47,612 bases of DNA. Origin: Eubacteriales bacterium. Its GTDB lineage: Bacteria; Bacillota; Clostridia; Oscillospirales; CAG-272. A program made the position numbers and the translations under genes. The notes under the pieces are model-generated. The model saw only the letters and a program-made list of their open reading frames with translations, ran no database searches and was not told the origin of the DNA. The DNA lies in contig JAZOMD010000062.1 of NCBI GenBank assembly GCA_045653745.1, positions 1-47,612 on the forward strand. Reading direction: 5' to 3'. Of the stretch, positions 1 through 8,708 are shown in pieces (the first letter of the stretch is position 1; each line of letters opens with the position of its first letter).

Positions 1-480
1 CCTATCGGCGCTCACGAGAGCGGCCTTATCGGTGAAGATCCCAGAGGTATCCCCAACAACCTCTTGCCTTACGTTGCAAGGGTTGCTCCAGGAATCCTTG
101 AGTGCCGTAGTGTCTTCGGCGACGATTACGATACTCCCGACGGTACGGGCGTGCGTGATTATATCCACGTCGTTGACCTCGCTCTTGCTCACCTCAAGGC
201 TCTTGAGTATACAAAGCGCACGAGTGGTGTTGATTTTATTAACGTCGGTACCGGTAACGGCTACTCGGTTCTTGAGATGGTAAAGGCGTTCGGAGACGTA
301 TGGGGCTCTCCCATTAAATACAAAATCGCTCCTCGCCGTCCCGGCGATATCGGCACCTGCTATGCCGATCCTGCCAAGGCTAAAAACGTTCTTGGCTGGG
401 GTGCAGAGCGCGATCTTCGCAAGATGTGCGAGGATGCTGCAAGATGGCAGAAGATGAATCCTGACGGTTATCCCGACTAA
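1..480 (+). CDS. galE: UDP-glucose 4-epimerase, C-terminal part (the 5' end lies upstream of the window)
   Basis: Frame 1 is open from base 1 ([29 protein letters not shown]...). Track ORF 64..480 is only its TTG-initiated tail. GalE-like C-terminal blocks are present: [41 protein letters not shown]. Confidence 0.9.
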   Translation, partial: PIGAHESGLIGEDPRGIPNNLLPYVARVAPGILECRSVFGDDYDTPDGTGVRDYIHVVDLALAHLKALEYTKRTSGVDFINVGTGNGYSVLEMVKAFGDVWGSPIKYKIAPRRPGDIGTCYADPAKAKNVLGWGAERDLRKMCEDAARWQKMNPDGYPD

Positions 481-493
481 TATTTTGTTAAAT

Positions 494-526
494 AAAAGAG
501 TGCTGCGGCGCAGCCTCTTTTATTTT
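494..526 (+). terminator. Rho-independent terminator after galE
   Basis: Hairpin aaaagag-tgctgcg/cgcagc-ctctttt (GC-rich core gctgc/gcagc, loop ggc) followed by ttttatttt. Confidence 0.75.
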
Positions 527-566
527 GCGCGTCTAAGTAGTTTTTCCGAAGAAAGGAATTTGTAAA

Positions 567-1367
567 ATGAAAAAGCTCTCCGAGAAGAAGCTGTTCCTTC
601 TGGATATGGACGGAACGATATATCTTGATGAAAATCTTTTCCCCGGAACTCTTGAATTTTTGAGAGAGGTAAAGGCTCGCGGCGGTCGCTATCTCTTCGT
701 GACAAACAATTCTTCAAAGAGTACCGATGCTTATGTGGCTAAGCTTAAGCGCCTCGGAATAGAAGCATCAGAAGATGATTTTTTGACCTCCACGAACGCC
801 ACTATTCTTTATTTACAGGAGAAATTTCCGGGCAGAAGGTTCTATTGCTTCGGAACGCGCTCCTTTGAAGAGCAACTTAAAGCAGCAGGAATTGACGTTG
901 TAACCGATATATGCGATGGGATTTCGGGTATAGTTCTTGGTAACGATAATGAGCTTACCTTCAAAAAGCTCGAGGATACCTGCAAGCTCCTGCTTAATGA
1001 TATGCCATATATTGCAACCAATCCCGATTGGGTTTGTCCCACCGCGTTTGGTTACGTTCCCGACTGTGGATCGATTGCGGAAATGCTGTTCCGAGCAACG
1101 GGAAAGAGACCGCACTTTATCGGTAAGCCCCGTCCCGAAATGCTTCTTCTCGCTCTTAAGAAATACGGCTACGAGAAGGATGATGCTGTTATGATAGGCG
1201 ATAGGGTTTATACAGACATAGCCTCTGGATATAATGCAGGGGTCGATACCGTATTCGTTCTTTCGGGCGAGGGAACTAAAAAGGATGCAGATGAAAGCGA
1301 CACAAAGCCTACGTATATTCTCAGGGATATAAATGAGCTATACCATATAATTATAGAGGAAAAATAA
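567..1367 (+). CDS. HAD-IIA family hydrolase (NagD/YutF-like sugar-phosphatase type)
   Basis: 266-aa ORF with SD GAAAGGA upstream. HAD motif I is LLDMDGTIY and the late motif is MIGDRVYTDI. The layout has a typical cap domain. Confidence 0.85.
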   Translation: MKKLSEKKLFLLDMDGTIYLDENLFPGTLEFLREVKARGGRYLFVTNNSSKSTDAYVAKLKRLGIEASEDDFLTSTNATILYLQEKFPGRRFYCFGTRSFEEQLKAAGIDVVTDICDGISGIVLGNDNELTFKKLEDTCKLLLNDMPYIATNPDWVCPTAFGYVPDCGSIAEMLFRATGKRPHFIGKPRPEMLLLALKKYGYEKDDAVMIGDRVYTDIASGYNAGVDTVFVLSGEGTKKDADESDTKPTYILRDINELYHIIIEEK

Positions 1368-1368
1368 A

Positions 1369-2970
1369 ATGATTACGGTTAATAATTTGTCTTTTCATTT
1401 CGGAGGTCAGCTTCTTTTCAAGGATGTAGACCTGAAATTTACTCCCGGAAACTGCTACGGTATTATCGGTGCTAACGGCGCCGGAAAATCCACGTTTCTG
1501 AGAATACTTTGCGGTGAGCTCGAGCCCACAAAGGGCGAGGTCTATATTCCCGATACCGTACGAATGTCCGTTCTGAAGCAGGATCACTTCGCTTATGAGG
1601 AGTACAGCGTTCTCGATACGGTAATTATGGGCAACAAGCGCCTTTACGATATTATGAAAGAAAAGGACGCTCTTTACGCTAAGGAAGACTTTACCGACGA
1701 GGATGGCATAAAGGCGTCGGAGCTTGAGGCGGAATTCGCCGAGCTTAACGGCTGGGAAGCAGAGTCCGATGCGTCAAAGCTTATACAGGGTCTCGGTCTT
1801 ACCGACGATTATCTCTATATGCAGATGTCCTCTCTTAAGGAAAGCGAAAAGGTTAAAGTTCTTTTGGCGCAGGCTCTTTTCGGTAATCCCGATATAATAC
1901 TTCTTGACGAGCCTACGAACGGTCTTGATATTGATGCAGTTCTTTGGCTTGAAAACTTCCTTGCCGATTACTTTGGCACCGTTCTCGTTGTCTCTCACGA
2001 CCGTCATTTCCTTAAAGACGTTTGCACAAACATCGTTGATATAGATTATACGGGAATTAAGATGTACGTAGGCAACTACGAGTTCTGGTACGAATCAAGC
2101 CAGCTTATCCAGCGAATGATAAAGATGCAGAATAAGCGCAACGAGGAGAAGATAGCGGAGCTGCAGAGCTTCATCTCCCGTTTCTCGGCTAATAAATCGA
2201 AATCTCGTCAGGCAACCTCGAGAAGAAAGCTTCTTGATAAGCTTACCGTAGAGGAGCTTCCCGCATCGTCCAGAAGATATCCGTTTATAGGCTTCGATAT
2301 GGATAGGGAAGCAGGTAAGGAAATTCTTCACGTTGAGGGGCTTTCTAAGGCTATCGACGGTAAGACGCTCTTTAAAAATCTTTCCTTCCACGTTTTCAAG
2401 GACGAGAAGATTGCTTTTCTTGGAAACGAGCTCGCCGTTACCACGCTCTTTAAGATTTTGAACGAGGAAATGGTGCAGGACGAGGGCGAGTTCAAATTCG
2501 GCGTTTCTATTACCACCTCTTATTTTCCGCACGATAATACCGCCTATTTTGAAGGACACAAGGAATCTATCCTTGACTGGATGCGTCAGTATTCCAAGGA
2601 CCAGACCGAAACCTATCTTCGCGGCTTCCTCGGTAAGATGCTCTTTTCCAACGAAGCGGTATTCAAGCCCGTAAACGTGCTCTCGGGCGGTGAGAAGGTC
2701 AGATGTATGTTCTCACGAATGATGATGTTCGGCTCTAATATGCTTATAATAGACCAGCCGACCGACCATCTTGACCTTGAGTCTATTACCGCGGTTAACC
2801 ACGGTATGCAGAATTTCAAGGGAAATATCCTCTTCGCATCTCACGACTACGAAATACTCAATACCGTTGCAAACAGAATTATCGAAATTCTGCCCGACGG
2901 TTCGTTTATAGACAGAAACTGCACCTACGAGGAATATCTCGAGTACAAAAAGAGTCTTGCAGAACAATAA
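1369..2970 (+). CDS. ABC-F family ATPase (YbiT/YkpA-like translation factor type) with a degenerate second nucleotide-binding domain
   Basis: 533 aa with two ABC cassettes, no TM segment and a short basic linker (KSKSRQATSRRKLLDK). NBD1 is canonical: Walker A GANGAGKST, Walker B ILLDEPT. NBD2 has signature LSGGEKVR, but its Walker A reads GNELAVTT and its Walker B reads LIIDQPT. Confidence 0.9.
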   Translation: MITVNNLSFHFGGQLLFKDVDLKFTPGNCYGIIGANGAGKSTFLRILCGELEPTKGEVYIPDTVRMSVLKQDHFAYEEYSVLDTVIMGNKRLYDIMKEKDALYAKEDFTDEDGIKASELEAEFAELNGWEAESDASKLIQGLGLTDDYLYMQMSSLKESEKVKVLLAQALFGNPDIILLDEPTNGLDIDAVLWLENFLADYFGTVLVVSHDRHFLKDVCTNIVDIDYTGIKMYVGNYEFWYESSQLIQRMIKMQNKRNEEKIAELQSFISRFSANKSKSRQATSRRKLLDKLTVEELPASSRRYPFIGFDMDREAGKEILHVEGLSKAIDGKTLFKNLSFHVFKDEKIAFLGNELAVTTLFKILNEEMVQDEGEFKFGVSITTSYFPHDNTAYFEGHKESILDWMRQYSKDQTETYLRGFLGKMLFSNEAVFKPVNVLSGGEKVRCMFSRMMMFGSNMLIIDQPTDHLDLESITAVNHGMQNFKGNILFASHDYEILNTVANRIIEILPDGSFIDRNCTYEEYLEYKKSLAEQ

Positions 2971-2971
2971 T

Positions 2972-3013
2972 AAAAAATCCCACGTTTCCAAAAAAGGATT
3001 GGTGGGATTTTTT
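2972..3013. terminator. Bidirectional terminator between convergent ABC-F (+) and AEC transporter (-)
   Basis: aaaaaatcccac ... gtgggatttttt. The 12-nt arms carry an A-run on one side and a T-run on the other. Confidence 0.8.
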
Positions 3014-3017
3014 CGAC

Positions 3018-4016
3018 TTATATAGTAAGAGTTCCGAATATAACCGTCATAAGCGCGTACAGAATCGGTATAGTGATTACGCAAAGCGTATGGGAAATCA
3101 TAGCCATACTTGCGCCGGTCTCGGGGTCTCCGCCATAAGCCTCGGGGAAAACTATCGTGTTCATTCCAAGGGGCGCGGCAAATGCAAAAAACGTAAGGAA
3201 AATCGGAAGATTTCCGATATTCATACCCGGAATAAGATTGAAAAGATTTACAATTCCGAAGAGCACGGTTATAATAACCGCAGGAAGGAGCACAAGTCTG
3301 AATGCGGTTGCAACGTAAACCTTGGGCTTTTTAAGCATACGCGACATCGTGTATCCTGCAATTGTAAAGCCTGCAAGTAGCATTGCAACGGGACCGTAGC
3401 AAGCCTTAAGACCATCAAGGGTGTTGAGAAGGAATTCGGGGAAGTAATCGAGAGTTCCCGTAAATCCTACTACAAGACCTATGAGCAGTGCAACAACAGG
3501 AGGGGTAAAAATTTTCTTTAAAGTACCTTTTATTCCCTTATCTGCATACTCGCTTGGCACAAGCACGCTGATGCCCCATACATAGCAAAGGATAGAGAGG
3601 GGAAGGGTAAAGAGCTTGTAATACGCATATATTTCGCCACCGAAAAGCGCGATAACCAGGGGGTCTCCGACGTATCCGAAGTTACCGAACATCAGTCCGT
3701 ATGCGTACACGCCGCGGTCATAGCACTTCTGTCTGACAAAAACCTTTGAAAGAGAGAGTGCTATCGCTAGTGCGATTGCAGCTATTATACAGGAAAGAAG
3801 AATGTTAGTAAGGTGAGGGGTAAAGGTTTCAACACGGCAATAGGTTGCCATAGTCATAAAGCTCAGAGCAGGGCAGAATACCCAGTTTTCAAGCTTCGCC
3901 ATAACCTTACTTGAGTTTTCGGGGAGAATTTTTGTTTTTCGGAGCGTAAAGCCTATTGCCAAACACAGGAAGAGATAAAGCATAGGCGTTAAGGTGTAAA
4001 GAAATGTAGTAATCAT
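3018..4016 (-). CDS. AEC (auxin efflux carrier) family permease
   Basis: 332-aa polytopic membrane protein of about 10 hydrophobic segments, with two-lobe AEC/MdcF-like organisation. No Shine-Dalgarno is visible upstream of the ATG. Confidence 0.75.
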   Translation of the reverse strand: MITTFLYTLTPMLYLFLCLAIGFTLRKTKILPENSSKVMAKLENWVFCPALSFMTMATYCRVETFTPHLTNILLSCIIAAIALAIALSLSKVFVRQKCYDRGVYAYGLMFGNFGYVGDPLVIALFGGEIYAYYKLFTLPLSILCYVWGISVLVPSEYADKGIKGTLKKIFTPPVVALLIGLVVGFTGTLDYFPEFLLNTLDGLKACYGPVAMLLAGFTIAGYTMSRMLKKPKVYVATAFRLVLLPAVIITVLFGIVNLFNLIPGMNIGNLPIFLTFFAFAAPLGMNTIVFPEAYGGDPETGASMAMISHTLCVITIPILYALMTVIFGTLTI

Positions 4017-4032
4017 TTTTTCACAATATTTT

Positions 4033-4057
4033 AGTGGCGTTACGGGGTAACGCCACT
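4033..4057. other. Perfect 10-bp GC-rich hairpin in the ispH-S1/AEC intergenic spacer
   Basis: agtggcgtta-cgggg-taacgccact. A T-run follows only on the + strand, although both flanking genes are on the - strand. Confidence 0.4.
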
Positions 4058-4073
4058 TTTGTCTGTATGTTTA

Positions 4074-6122
4074 TTAGATAGAACCTACGATGTAGGGAGC
4101 CATATCAGCTCTCTCTGCAGCGATTCTTTCTGCCTCTGCAGCTTCCTCAGCCTCTCTTGCAGCCTTTTCAGCAGCACGAGCCTCTTCTGCAGCAGCTCTC
4201 TCAGCGGCCTCGGTGATAGCGCGGATAGAAAGCGCGAGCTTTCTGTTCTCGTCGTCGATCTCGGTGATCTTAACGTCTACAACGTCGCCAACCTTAAGAA
4301 CGTCTGCGGGAGAGTTGATTCTCTCGGTAGAGATTCTCGAGATGTGGATAAGACCGTCAACATCCTCAAATACCTCTGCGAATGCGCCGAAGGGCATAAG
4401 AGAAACTATCTTTGCGGAAACGATGTCACCAACCTTGTACTGCTGGGTGAACTTGAACCAGGAATCCATCTCCTGAGTCTTGTAGCCAAGAGAGATTCTT
4501 CTCTTCTCAACGTCAAGCTCCTTGATGAATACGTCGATCTCCTGACCAACGGAAACGATCTGAGAGGGGTGCTTGATTCTCTTCCAGGAGAGCTCGGAGT
4601 TGTGTACCATACCGTCAACACCGCCGATGTCAACGAATGCACCGTAGGTGGTAAGATTCTTTACGGTACCCATAAAGTGCTGACCAACCTCAAGACCTGC
4701 CCAGATAGCAGCTTCCTTTTCGCGTCTCTCTGCATCAAGGATAGCCTTGATAGAGCCGAGCGCTCTCTTCTTCTGGGTATCAAACTCGAGGAGCTTGATC
4801 TTCTGCTCGGTTCCTACGAGCACGGAAAGGTCTGCACCCTTCGCTACGCCGCTCTGAGATGCGGGTACGAATACGGTGTTGCCTGCAGTGGAAACGAGAA
4901 CGCCACCCTTGATAGCGGAAATTACCTTTCCTTCGAGAATAGTGCCGTTGTCATAAGCTTCCTTGAGCACTACCCAGCTATTGTCTGCATCTACTCTCTT
5001 CTTCGATACAGTTGCAAGACCCTTGCCATCCTCAACGCGGATAACGAAGACCTCGACCTCATCTCCAACCTTGAACATCTCGGAGAGCTTTGCGGCGGGG
5101 TCGTCGGTTACTTGCTCTTTGGTAAGTACGCCCGTGAACTTTGCGCCAAGATCGAGCTTGATCTCGTTCTCACCGATGGTAAACACGGTACCGGTAACTG
5201 TTTCTCCTGTATGTAAAGTTTTGAATGAGCCTTCCAGCATTTGACTAAAGTTTTCCATTTTTTTAAAAACCTCCAATATTATACCGTCGGGTGTGGAAGC
5301 ACCTGCGGTTATTCCCAAACATTTAATTCCGTCCACAAAATCCGCAGAGAGATCCGAAGCCTTCTCAATCCACACGGTTTTTGGACATTTTTCCCGGCAC
5401 CCATCGTAGAGCTTGCGCGTGTTGGAGCTATCGCTGCCGCCGATTACTATCACTGCATCCGACTCCTCTGCAATCTGAACTGCTTCGAGCTGCCGATTTT
5501 CAGTGACACTACATATTGTATCAAAAATTTTTGCGTTTGTATATAGTTTTTTTGAAATTTTTTTAATTTTTTGGAATTCCACCAAATTTTGAGTTGTTTG
5601 CGCGCATAATATAGGTATTTTGCTAGTTGTTTTTAACGCTTCGAGCTCCTCAGGGGAAGTTATGATATTTTTTTCTCCGTGAGCGTGGCTCATTATCCCG
5701 ATAGACTCGGGGTGCGTTGGAGAGCCGTAGAGAATGAAGTGCGTATCTTCCGACGTGTTTTGCTCCGCAATCTCGTGTATTTTCTTTACGAAAGGACAGG
5801 TGGCATCTATCACGGAAAGGTTTGGATGCGCCGCCCCGAGTGCTTCGAGCTCGTCTTCCGTTTCTTTTGTGATTCCGTGAGTTCTTATTACGAGAGTCAC
5901 TTTGTTTTTCGAGCTTGAAAGAATCCCCGCAAGCGATTCTGTATCCACGCATATAACGCCGTCTTTCTTTAACGAGTCATTGTATTGCTCGTTGTGAATA
6001 AGATGTCCGAGCGTGCACACCGTCTCGCCGTTACTTGCAGCTTTGATTAGTTTTCTGATTATCTCGTCTGCACGGCGTACTCCGGGGCAGAAGCCTGCGC
6101 TTTTTGACTGGATTATCTTCAT
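4074..6122 (-). CDS. ispH: Bifunctional 4-hydroxy-3-methylbut-2-enyl diphosphate reductase (IspH/LytB) fused to a ribosomal protein S1-like region (4 S1 domains)
   Basis: The N-terminal ~280 aa carry IspH motifs: GFCPGVRRA, ATCPFV, DTICSVT, GGSDSSNTRKL. Four S1/OB repeats follow (for example GTVKNLTTYGAFVDIGGVDGMVHNSELSW and AKIVSLMPFGAFAEVFEDVDGLIHISRIS), then an Ala/Glu-rich tail. Confidence 0.9.
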   Translation of the reverse strand: MKIIQSKSAGFCPGVRRADEIIRKLIKAASNGETVCTLGHLIHNEQYNDSLKKDGVICVDTESLAGILSSSKNKVTLVIRTHGITKETEDELEALGAAHPNLSVIDATCPFVKKIHEIAEQNTSEDTHFILYGSPTHPESIGIMSHAHGEKNIITSPEELEALKTTSKIPILCAQTTQNLVEFQKIKKISKKLYTNAKIFDTICSVTENRQLEAVQIAEESDAVIVIGGSDSSNTRKLYDGCREKCPKTVWIEKASDLSADFVDGIKCLGITAGASTPDGIILEVFKKMENFSQMLEGSFKTLHTGETVTGTVFTIGENEIKLDLGAKFTGVLTKEQVTDDPAAKLSEMFKVGDEVEVFVIRVEDGKGLATVSKKRVDADNSWVVLKEAYDNGTILEGKVISAIKGGVLVSTAGNTVFVPASQSGVAKGADLSVLVGTEQKIKLLEFDTQKKRALGSIKAILDAERREKEAAIWAGLEVGQHFMGTVKNLTTYGAFVDIGGVDGMVHNSELSWKRIKHPSQIVSVGQEIDVFIKELDVEKRRISLGYKTQEMDSWFKFTQQYKVGDIVSAKIVSLMPFGAFAEVFEDVDGLIHISRISTERINSPADVLKVGDVVDVKITEIDDENRKLALSIRAITEAAERAAAEEARAAEKAAREAEEAAEAERIAAERADMAPYIVGSI

Positions 6123-7435
6123 TTCTTTTTTCTTTCGTTTTCGCGAGAGTATGGCGGAAGGCCTTTGTAATCGCAGAGCTTTACGACTTCATTGAATATC
6201 TTATCCGTCGCTGCTTGATATTCCTCGCGGCCGCCGTTCACAAATCCGAGATCTTCGTATGGAATGGGTTTTCCGAACACGACTCGGATGCGCTTCAAGA
6301 ATCCGTATTTTGCCTTTTTTACTCTGATGCCTACGGGTAGGACGGAGCATTTTGAGTGATAGGCGATCATTGCAGCACCCTGATGCAGCTTTGTTGTAGC
6401 AGGATCTACTCCTGCAAAACGGTGCCCCTGAGGGAAGATGGTGAGTATTCTTCCGGAACGTGCAGCATCCACCGAGGCTCTTATCGCGGAGATGTCGGCT
6501 CCGCCTCTGTCAACCTTGATTGCACCGAATTTTTTTATGATAAATCCGATGACCGGAACGGAGAAGAGCTCTTTCTTTGCAACGAATGTCATCTTTCTTG
6601 GGCATACCGCCGCAAGCGAAATTATATCAAGCGCGGATATGTGGTTGGGACAGAAAATTACTCCGCCTTCCTTGGGAATATTTTCTTTGCCGATAGCGCG
6701 TGTACGGGTAAATAAATTGTATAGCGGTGCTATGAATATTTTTGCAAAGGTGTAGAGAGGGTAGCGCTTACCCTTCGATTTTTTTTTTACGATTTTCAAT
6801 ACTGCCTTGACGGTTTCTTCCTCGGTTAAATCCGAGTTATCGAGAAGGAGCGCGTCCTCTGCTTGCACGCACGGCGCAATGTCGCGTGTTGAGTCGTTTT
6901 TATCTCGCTCGACCATCTCGTTATACACGCTCTCAAAGGTAACGTCAGCGCCCTTTGCCAAAAGCTCCTTGTATCGTCTTTCTGCGCGCGCCTTAGGAGA
7001 AGCGGTGAGGAAAATCTTGACCTCTGCATCGGGAAGGATAACCGTTCCGATATCTCTGCCGTCCATTATTACGCTGTTCTTTCTCGCGGTGTCTCTTTGC
7101 ATATTGAGAAGATATGCGCGCACTTCTTTGATAGCGCTTACAGCCGAAGCCGCCATAGAAACCTCGGGAGTTCTGATTTTTTCTCCCTCGTCAACTCCGT
7201 TAAGGAGAATAATCTGCTTTCCGTTCTCGAATTTCAGCTCAAGAGTTATTCTGTCGAGTGCTGCCGTGACAGCCTCGGCATCCGTGGGATTTATTCCGGT
7301 TCTGAGCATAAAGAGGCCGATGTTTCTGTAAAGAGCGCCGGTATCTACATATATTATGCCGAGCTCTTTTGCAACTCTGCGAGCTACGCTCGATTTTCCG
7401 GCGCCGCCGGGACCGTCGATAGCAATTCTTATCAT
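6119..7435 (-). CDS. cmk: Fusion of cytidylate kinase (Cmk) and 1-acyl-sn-glycerol-3-phosphate acyltransferase (PlsC-like)
   Basis: The N-terminus has the Cmk P-loop IAIDGPGGAGKSS, then DGRDIGTVILPDA. The C-terminal half has the acyltransferase HX4D motif NHISALD and the FPQGHR block. It is a single uninterrupted 438-aa frame. Its stop overlaps the ispH start (ATGA). Confidence 0.85.
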   Translation of the reverse strand: MIRIAIDGPGGAGKSSVARRVAKELGIIYVDTGALYRNIGLFMLRTGINPTDAEAVTAALDRITLELKFENGKQIILLNGVDEGEKIRTPEVSMAASAVSAIKEVRAYLLNMQRDTARKNSVIMDGRDIGTVILPDAEVKIFLTASPKARAERRYKELLAKGADVTFESVYNEMVERDKNDSTRDIAPCVQAEDALLLDNSDLTEEETVKAVLKIVKKKSKGKRYPLYTFAKIFIAPLYNLFTRTRAIGKENIPKEGGVIFCPNHISALDIISLAAVCPRKMTFVAKKELFSVPVIGFIIKKFGAIKVDRGGADISAIRASVDAARSGRILTIFPQGHRFAGVDPATTKLHQGAAMIAYHSKCSVLPVGIRVKKAKYGFLKRIRVVFGKPIPYEDLGFVNGGREEYQAATDKIFNEVVKLCDYKGLPPYSRENERKKK

Positions 7436-7463
7436 AAAATATTCCTATCTGCCGCTAGGGCTT

Positions 7464-8708
7464 TTAATATTCTGCAGCCTTCATTCCGGCGAGATATCCC
7501 GTCGAGAATGCAATCTGTAAGTTAAATCCGCCGGTATATGCATCAAGGTCGATGACCTCGCCTGCAAAGTAAAGACCGGAGACTAATTTTGATTCCATAT
7601 TTTTGGGGTTGATTTCCTTGACCTCTACGCCGCCCGAGGTGATAATAGCTTCTTCTATGGGACGGAATTTTTTAAGAGGAATGTCGAAGGACTTGAGCGC
7701 TTCAAGGATACAGGTGCGCTCTTCTTTGGTAATAGAGTTGACCTTCTTTCTGCCGTTAAGCTTCGTGTATTCAATAAACGGAGAAATCATCTTTGAGGGC
7801 AGAAGGTCGGAAAGGGAATTAACGAGGTCCTTATTGCTCTTTTTCGAGAAGTCGGAAAGCAGCCTTGCATCAAGCGCCTTTGCGTCCAGCGCGGGCTTGA
7901 GGTCTATCGAAAGTGTGAGCGTTGAGACGTCGTAATCTCTGATGCGCGCGCTCGCGGAGAGGATAGTTGGACCTGTAACTCCGAAGTGGGTGAACATCAT
8001 CTCGCCGAAATCCTCGTAAATGACGCGTCCTTCCGATGTTTTCACCGAAATCTTTACGTTGCGCAGCGACAAGCCTTGCATAAGAGGGCATAGCTGCGAG
8101 TCGCTTTCTATCGGGATAAGCGACGGGATAAGCTTAGTGACCGTGTGACCGAGCGAGCGCGCGAGCTTGTATCCTGAGCCGTCGGAGCCGGTCAGGGGAT
8201 ATGATTTTCCACCCGTGGCGATTATTACTCTATCAAATTTATATTCGCCCTTGGCCGTGAATACGGTGAATATTTCTTCGTCCTTTGAAATTCTTGCAAC
8301 CTTCTCGTATATCTTGTTTGCCGAGCGCGAGTATTCCTTCAGGGCGTCAACAACGTCCTTGGCTTTATCGCTTTCGGGGAAAACTCTGCGCCCTCTTTCG
8401 GTTTTCAGCGCAACTCCGAGGGACTCAAAGAAGGTTTTCGTATCTGCAGGTGACAAGGCGTTGAGCGCGGTGTAGAGAAAACGCGGATTTTTCGTGACGC
8501 TCTCGAGAAATTCGGGAACGCTTGAGTCGTTTGTAAGATTGCATCGTCCCTTGCCTGTTATAGCAAGCTTTTTGCCGAGAAAGGGCATCGATTCGAATAT
8601 CGTCACCTCTGCCCCGTATAAGGCCGCCGTACCTGCCGCCATCATACCGGCAGCACCACCGCCTACGACGGCGACGCGCAGGGGGTGATTATCGTTTTGC
8701 ATAAACAT
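7464..8708 (-). CDS. NAD(P)/FAD-dependent oxidoreductase, HI0933/YhiN (BaiN-like) family
   Basis: N-terminal dinucleotide fold VAVVGGGAAGMMAAG. Family-typical C-terminus GLYFAGEVIDLDAYTGGFNLQIAFSTG. The track start 8741 is a TTG. I prefer the ATG at 8708 (or 8702). Either start overlaps the 3' end of the RpiR gene. Confidence 0.8.
   Translation of the reverse strand: MFMQNDNHPLRVAVVGGGAAGMMAAGTAALYGAEVTIFESMPFLGKKLAITGKGRCNLTNDSSVPEFLESVTKNPRFLYTALNALSPADTKTFFESLGVALKTERGRRVFPESDKAKDVVDALKEYSRSANKIYEKVARISKDEEIFTVFTAKGEYKFDRVIIATGGKSYPLTGSDGSGYKLARSLGHTVTKLIPSLIPIESDSQLCPLMQGLSLRNVKISVKTSEGRVIYEDFGEMMFTHFGVTGPTILSASARIRDYDVSTLTLSIDLKPALDAKALDARLLSDFSKKSNKDLVNSLSDLLPSKMISPFIEYTKLNGRKKVNSITKEERTCILEALKSFDIPLKKFRPIEEAIITSGGVEVKEINPKNMESKLVSGLYFAGEVIDLDAYTGGFNLQIAFSTGYLAGMKAAEY

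Noticed and set aside
4080-4230. Repetitive GCAGC/CTCT-rich DNA at the 3' end of the S1 gene, considered as a tandem repeat or repeat element.
   Set aside because: It is in frame and encodes the Ala/Glu-rich tail of the S1 fusion. It is imperfect low-complexity coding sequence, not a unit-length tandem repeat or a mobile element.
4059-5216. Very long antisense ORFs opposite real genes. This one is 385 aa. Others are 27366-28319, 31017-32279, 38289-39452, 45085-46011, 10796-11653, 13917-14705, 15761-16567, 17814-18659 and 18702-19469. I considered them as possible overlapping genes.
   Set aside because: Each lies entirely within a motif-rich, confidently assigned gene on the other strand. Their translations are low-complexity (Ser/Leu/Cys/Arg-rich) with no recognisable motifs, SD sequences or promoters. 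The pattern is what the host's codon bias predicts: rare TTA/CTA/TCA codons mean few stops in the mirrored antisense frame.
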